The position numbers were made by a program, and so were the translations under genes. From Klebsormidium nitens (Eukaryota > Plantae > Klebsormidiophyceae), in contig DF236951.1 of assembly GCA_000708835.1 (NCBI GenBank), positions 372,101 to 436,100 on the forward strand: 64,000 bases of DNA, given 5' to 3'. The stretch's first letter is position 1. Each line of letters begins with the position of its first letter. The notes beneath the pieces are model-generated. The model saw only the letters and a program-made list of their open reading frames with translations, had not been told where the DNA came from and did not search any database. This document shows positions 60,972 to 64,000 of this stretch, one piece after another.

Positions 60972-62147
60972 ATGCTGGCATTGCAGACCCTCTGCGGTCC
61001 TCGGGCCATCACAATCTTTGGTCATCTTGGTGCAGGGACAGCAAAGATTCTTCCTGCCCCACGATTCCACCTGCCTATCTTGACATACTCTGGAAACATC
61101 AGTTGGACACGGTCTAGAGGGGCACAGGCCCCAACACAAAGCAGCGACCTTTCGTATCAATCACGAGCTTTGGCACTAGCATCAGCTGCCTTTCACGGGG
61201 CAGCACTCTTGGATTTCCAGCGGGAAGTAGATTCAGAAGAGCAATCGAGATATTTCAGGACCACAGATTGCAAAACAACCATGGCGGCCGCAGCGCCCAG
61301 CAACAGCGCCAGTGGTCGTGATGGTAGCGGAAGTGAGCGGCAGACGGTGAGCAGTACGACGGTCTTCCACATTTTGTGTTGGCTTTTTGACATCAACTTC
61401 TGGACAACCTGACCTGCAATTGTGAGTGCATAAGTTGATCAGCTGCGATCATTGATGCAATGCATATGAGTCGATCTTGATCTGATTGCCTTCCAAAGCG
61501 CCTAGAACTTCAGACCCGATTTCATAGAATGATTGGAGTCAGTGTGAAGTCTTACAGGCCACTCTCAATTAGCGGTCTGCTTGCAGATCTTCATCAAATC
61601 TGGTCTGGCAAGAATAAAGACAATGAGTTGTAAAGTCACAGTCCCATGCGCTTCTTGATCTGATTGCAAATCAAGGATATTTTGTTACTTAAAAACTTCG
61701 ATCAAGTTGCAATGCAGTGCCCTTTTGGGACCAAATGACATATCAATTCAGCTTCACTGCTGTGGTGGTCGATGTCTGCCGCATGGGACGCTTCAGGTTC
61801 TTCTCGTACTGGACCGAATTAGGCCTTACAGCTCTCGTCTCAAACATGCTGGTACTCAAATATTCATAGTTTCCCAGGTGCGCGCCAGCATCCGGGGAGT
61901 GGTGCAAGGTGTTTTTTACCGTGCATGGACAAAAGAGACTGCGGACAGTCTTGGTCTTGACGGGTGGGTTAGAAATCTGCCAGACGGAAGTGTCGAAGCT
62001 GTATTTTCAGGGCCAAGTTCATCTGTCGACCAGATGCTCACGTTGTCAAAGAGGGGGCCGAAGTCGGCCAGAGTCGAACAGGTAGATGTTGAACCATACA
62101 AGGATGATGTGGGGAAGGGCTTTGAAGTCAAACGAGGCAAATATTAG
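60972..62147 (+). CDS. ACYP: Acylphosphatase with probable N-terminal transit peptide; 2 exons
   Basis: Exon 1 ends CAGACG|gtgagc (~61345). Exon 2 ttcccag|VRASIRGVVQGVFYRAWTKETADSLGLDGWVRNLPDGSVEAVFSG carries the GxVQGVxYR and GWVRN acylphosphatase signatures. An alternative start Met lies at 61280. Confidence 0.9.
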
Positions 62148-63158
62148 TCAGCTTGGGCATGTTTGATATGAGAAGGAAGCCACCTAATAGTTAACAGCAC
62201 GCTTGCAAATATAGACTAGGACCGTTTGAAGAAAGAGATCAGGATTATCAATGTACGGTACTAATATGTAACTCTTTTTGTGATTTGAACTGGAATTTTA
62301 GCTATACTGTTGTCCAAGTAACCCACCCTGGGACCAGCGGCAAGTTGCATGTGCTTAGATCGACGCGTTTCTGCAGAGTCTGGCACCCAACTTACGTACT
62401 ATATGACTAACATGTTGATTGACTATATGTATAGGTTTGTCGCGATAATAGTCCGCCTCGTCAGGACCACCGTACGTCTGCATCAGGCCGCAATGCTGCA
62501 GATTCGAGTAGCATGTACCGGGTCATGCATGATCAAGTTATCAGAAACCGGGTTCACATGAAAAACCATTCTCTTACAAAATATAAGCATGCCAGTGCGC
62601 AGATTGCTGCCGGGCCTTGATCAAGAGTGTGATCGAATGAAAATTGCGGCCGCCATGCATCCTGTACTTGGTCGTCCGTATAATACAATCTCACATGTAT
62701 CCAAAAGTGTTAATAACCTTCAATCTGCGGGCTGCTGTCTGGATTATGGTCATCGTGTATATACACTCACCCGCTTCGCTGCTCAAAAAGAGTTCCTCGT
62801 GACGATGCATGCATGATCAGCACTGATTTCACAATCCGCTGGTTGTATCTTTTCCATTTACAACGAACATCGGATAATAGGATAGATAAATTAATCAGCT
62901 TAAGTTTCCGCCAGTTCAAACATTCTGAACCTTGAAAGGCGGTCTTCTGGGTACTAAAGCTTGATCTAGTACAAAGAGCCAATACCTAGACCTTCCAAGC
63001 GTGCAAAACTTTACTTTCAGCTTATGACCATCCAATCTCTGCTTTCAAGTGCTTGCTCTACAAAGAATATGTTGGAAGAACTAGGGATACATAATCCCGT
63101 CTGTCTCACTAATCTGACGAGCTTGACTGACCTCGGGCCTAGATCCGTTTCCTTCCCC

Positions 63159-63726
63159 TCAGCTTGAGACGCCGCCGCTCTCTGTCTCCCTGAACTTCTT
63201 TTGAAGCACCACTTTGTACTCTAGGAAAGACCAGAAGCCGAGGCTTAGAATAGTGATGTTTGCACGAGGAAACAAGTGCAACGTACATTACAATACCAAA
63301 TGTCCGGTTGTACGTGCTCACCCGTATCCGATTGTCAAAGGTTTTCGGATGTCTGCCACTAACAAAACAGAATGAATGGTGTGCGTCAAGGTCTGATGCA
63401 GATTCCGTTTCAACACATTTTTCCACCACCCGTGAAGGACTTTCGAGTTTGCATGAATGTTTTCAGGCTCTCAGCCCGTAGTGGTCTGTTAGACTCTGAC
63501 AAAGAAAGATAAAAGAAACTTGCAACGTCTTGCACTCAAGTCACAGAAACCAGCAACTAGAAAGTAGGCACGGAGCACGGTTTGAGACGCGACCATGCTC
63601 ACCTTCCTGGTTCGGCCAAAGGGCCGCTGCATAGCCGTTAAGCGGGCTGTCGTTGTTCGGCTCCCCAAGCAAACTTTGGATGGACAGCAAGATTGTCCGA
63701 ACGTTGTAGACTGCGGACCATTTGTC
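63159..63726 (-). CDS. Ubiquitin-conjugating enzyme E2, UBE2C/UBC19-20 type; last two exons only, 5' part beyond the window
   Basis: Exon 63726-63603 [41 protein letters not shown] joins in phase 1 to 63220-63159 ([20 protein letters not shown]). Confidence 0.85.
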
Positions 63727-64000
63727 CTGCAAAGGTCAAACAGGTCTGTCAGGCCAGTGTCTTGGAACACAACCTGCTCTAACACGAGTCTAGTCTGTTC
63801 AGTGACTGCTTTGAAGACCCTTCACTCAACACGAATGGATCACTGTTCTGATCTTGCTTCACCAAGCCAAACCCACACTCAAACGACTGGGTGTTCAACT
63901 GTTCGGAACAGCGATCATTCTCCTTTTACTACCATCCTTTTTTACGCCGAGCCGTGAGACCAGCAGATCAGCCACTATATTGCGGAATGCTGGCATCATA

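Overview
Intron-rich eukaryotic nuclear DNA with GT-AG introns and CpG-rich coding exons. Gene content (plastid phosphate translocator, SGR6-like, transit peptides) indicates a green plant; a Klebsormidium-like streptophyte alga is my inference, not verified. Ten protein-coding loci can be supported: an SGR6/MROH1-like HEAT protein (minus, runs off the left edge); a double zf-MYND gene split by a frame disruption; a chlorophyllase-type alpha/beta hydrolase with a Tat-like lumen signal; a bacterial-type erythromycin-esterase homologue with about 10 introns and an organellar presequence; PPT; RRP1/Nop52; an uncharacterised disordered protein with SPG-x hexad repeats; the U4/U6 protein PRP4; acylphosphatase; and the 3' end of a UBE2C-type E2 (runs off the right edge). 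Non-genic features include a 329-bp MITE with perfect TIRs inside a GTAC- and hairpin-rich tract, and a decayed NB-ARC (MHD motif) fragment. The most unusual signals are: (i) introns of three unrelated genes (ERE-like, PRP4, PPT) carry serial, progressively degenerate copies of the neighbouring exon end plus its splice site; (ii) the intron-rich, apparently organelle-targeted erythromycin-esterase homologue; (iii) strong over-representation of the palindrome TGACGTCA in both exons and introns. Exon coordinates were read by eye and some may be off by a few bases.
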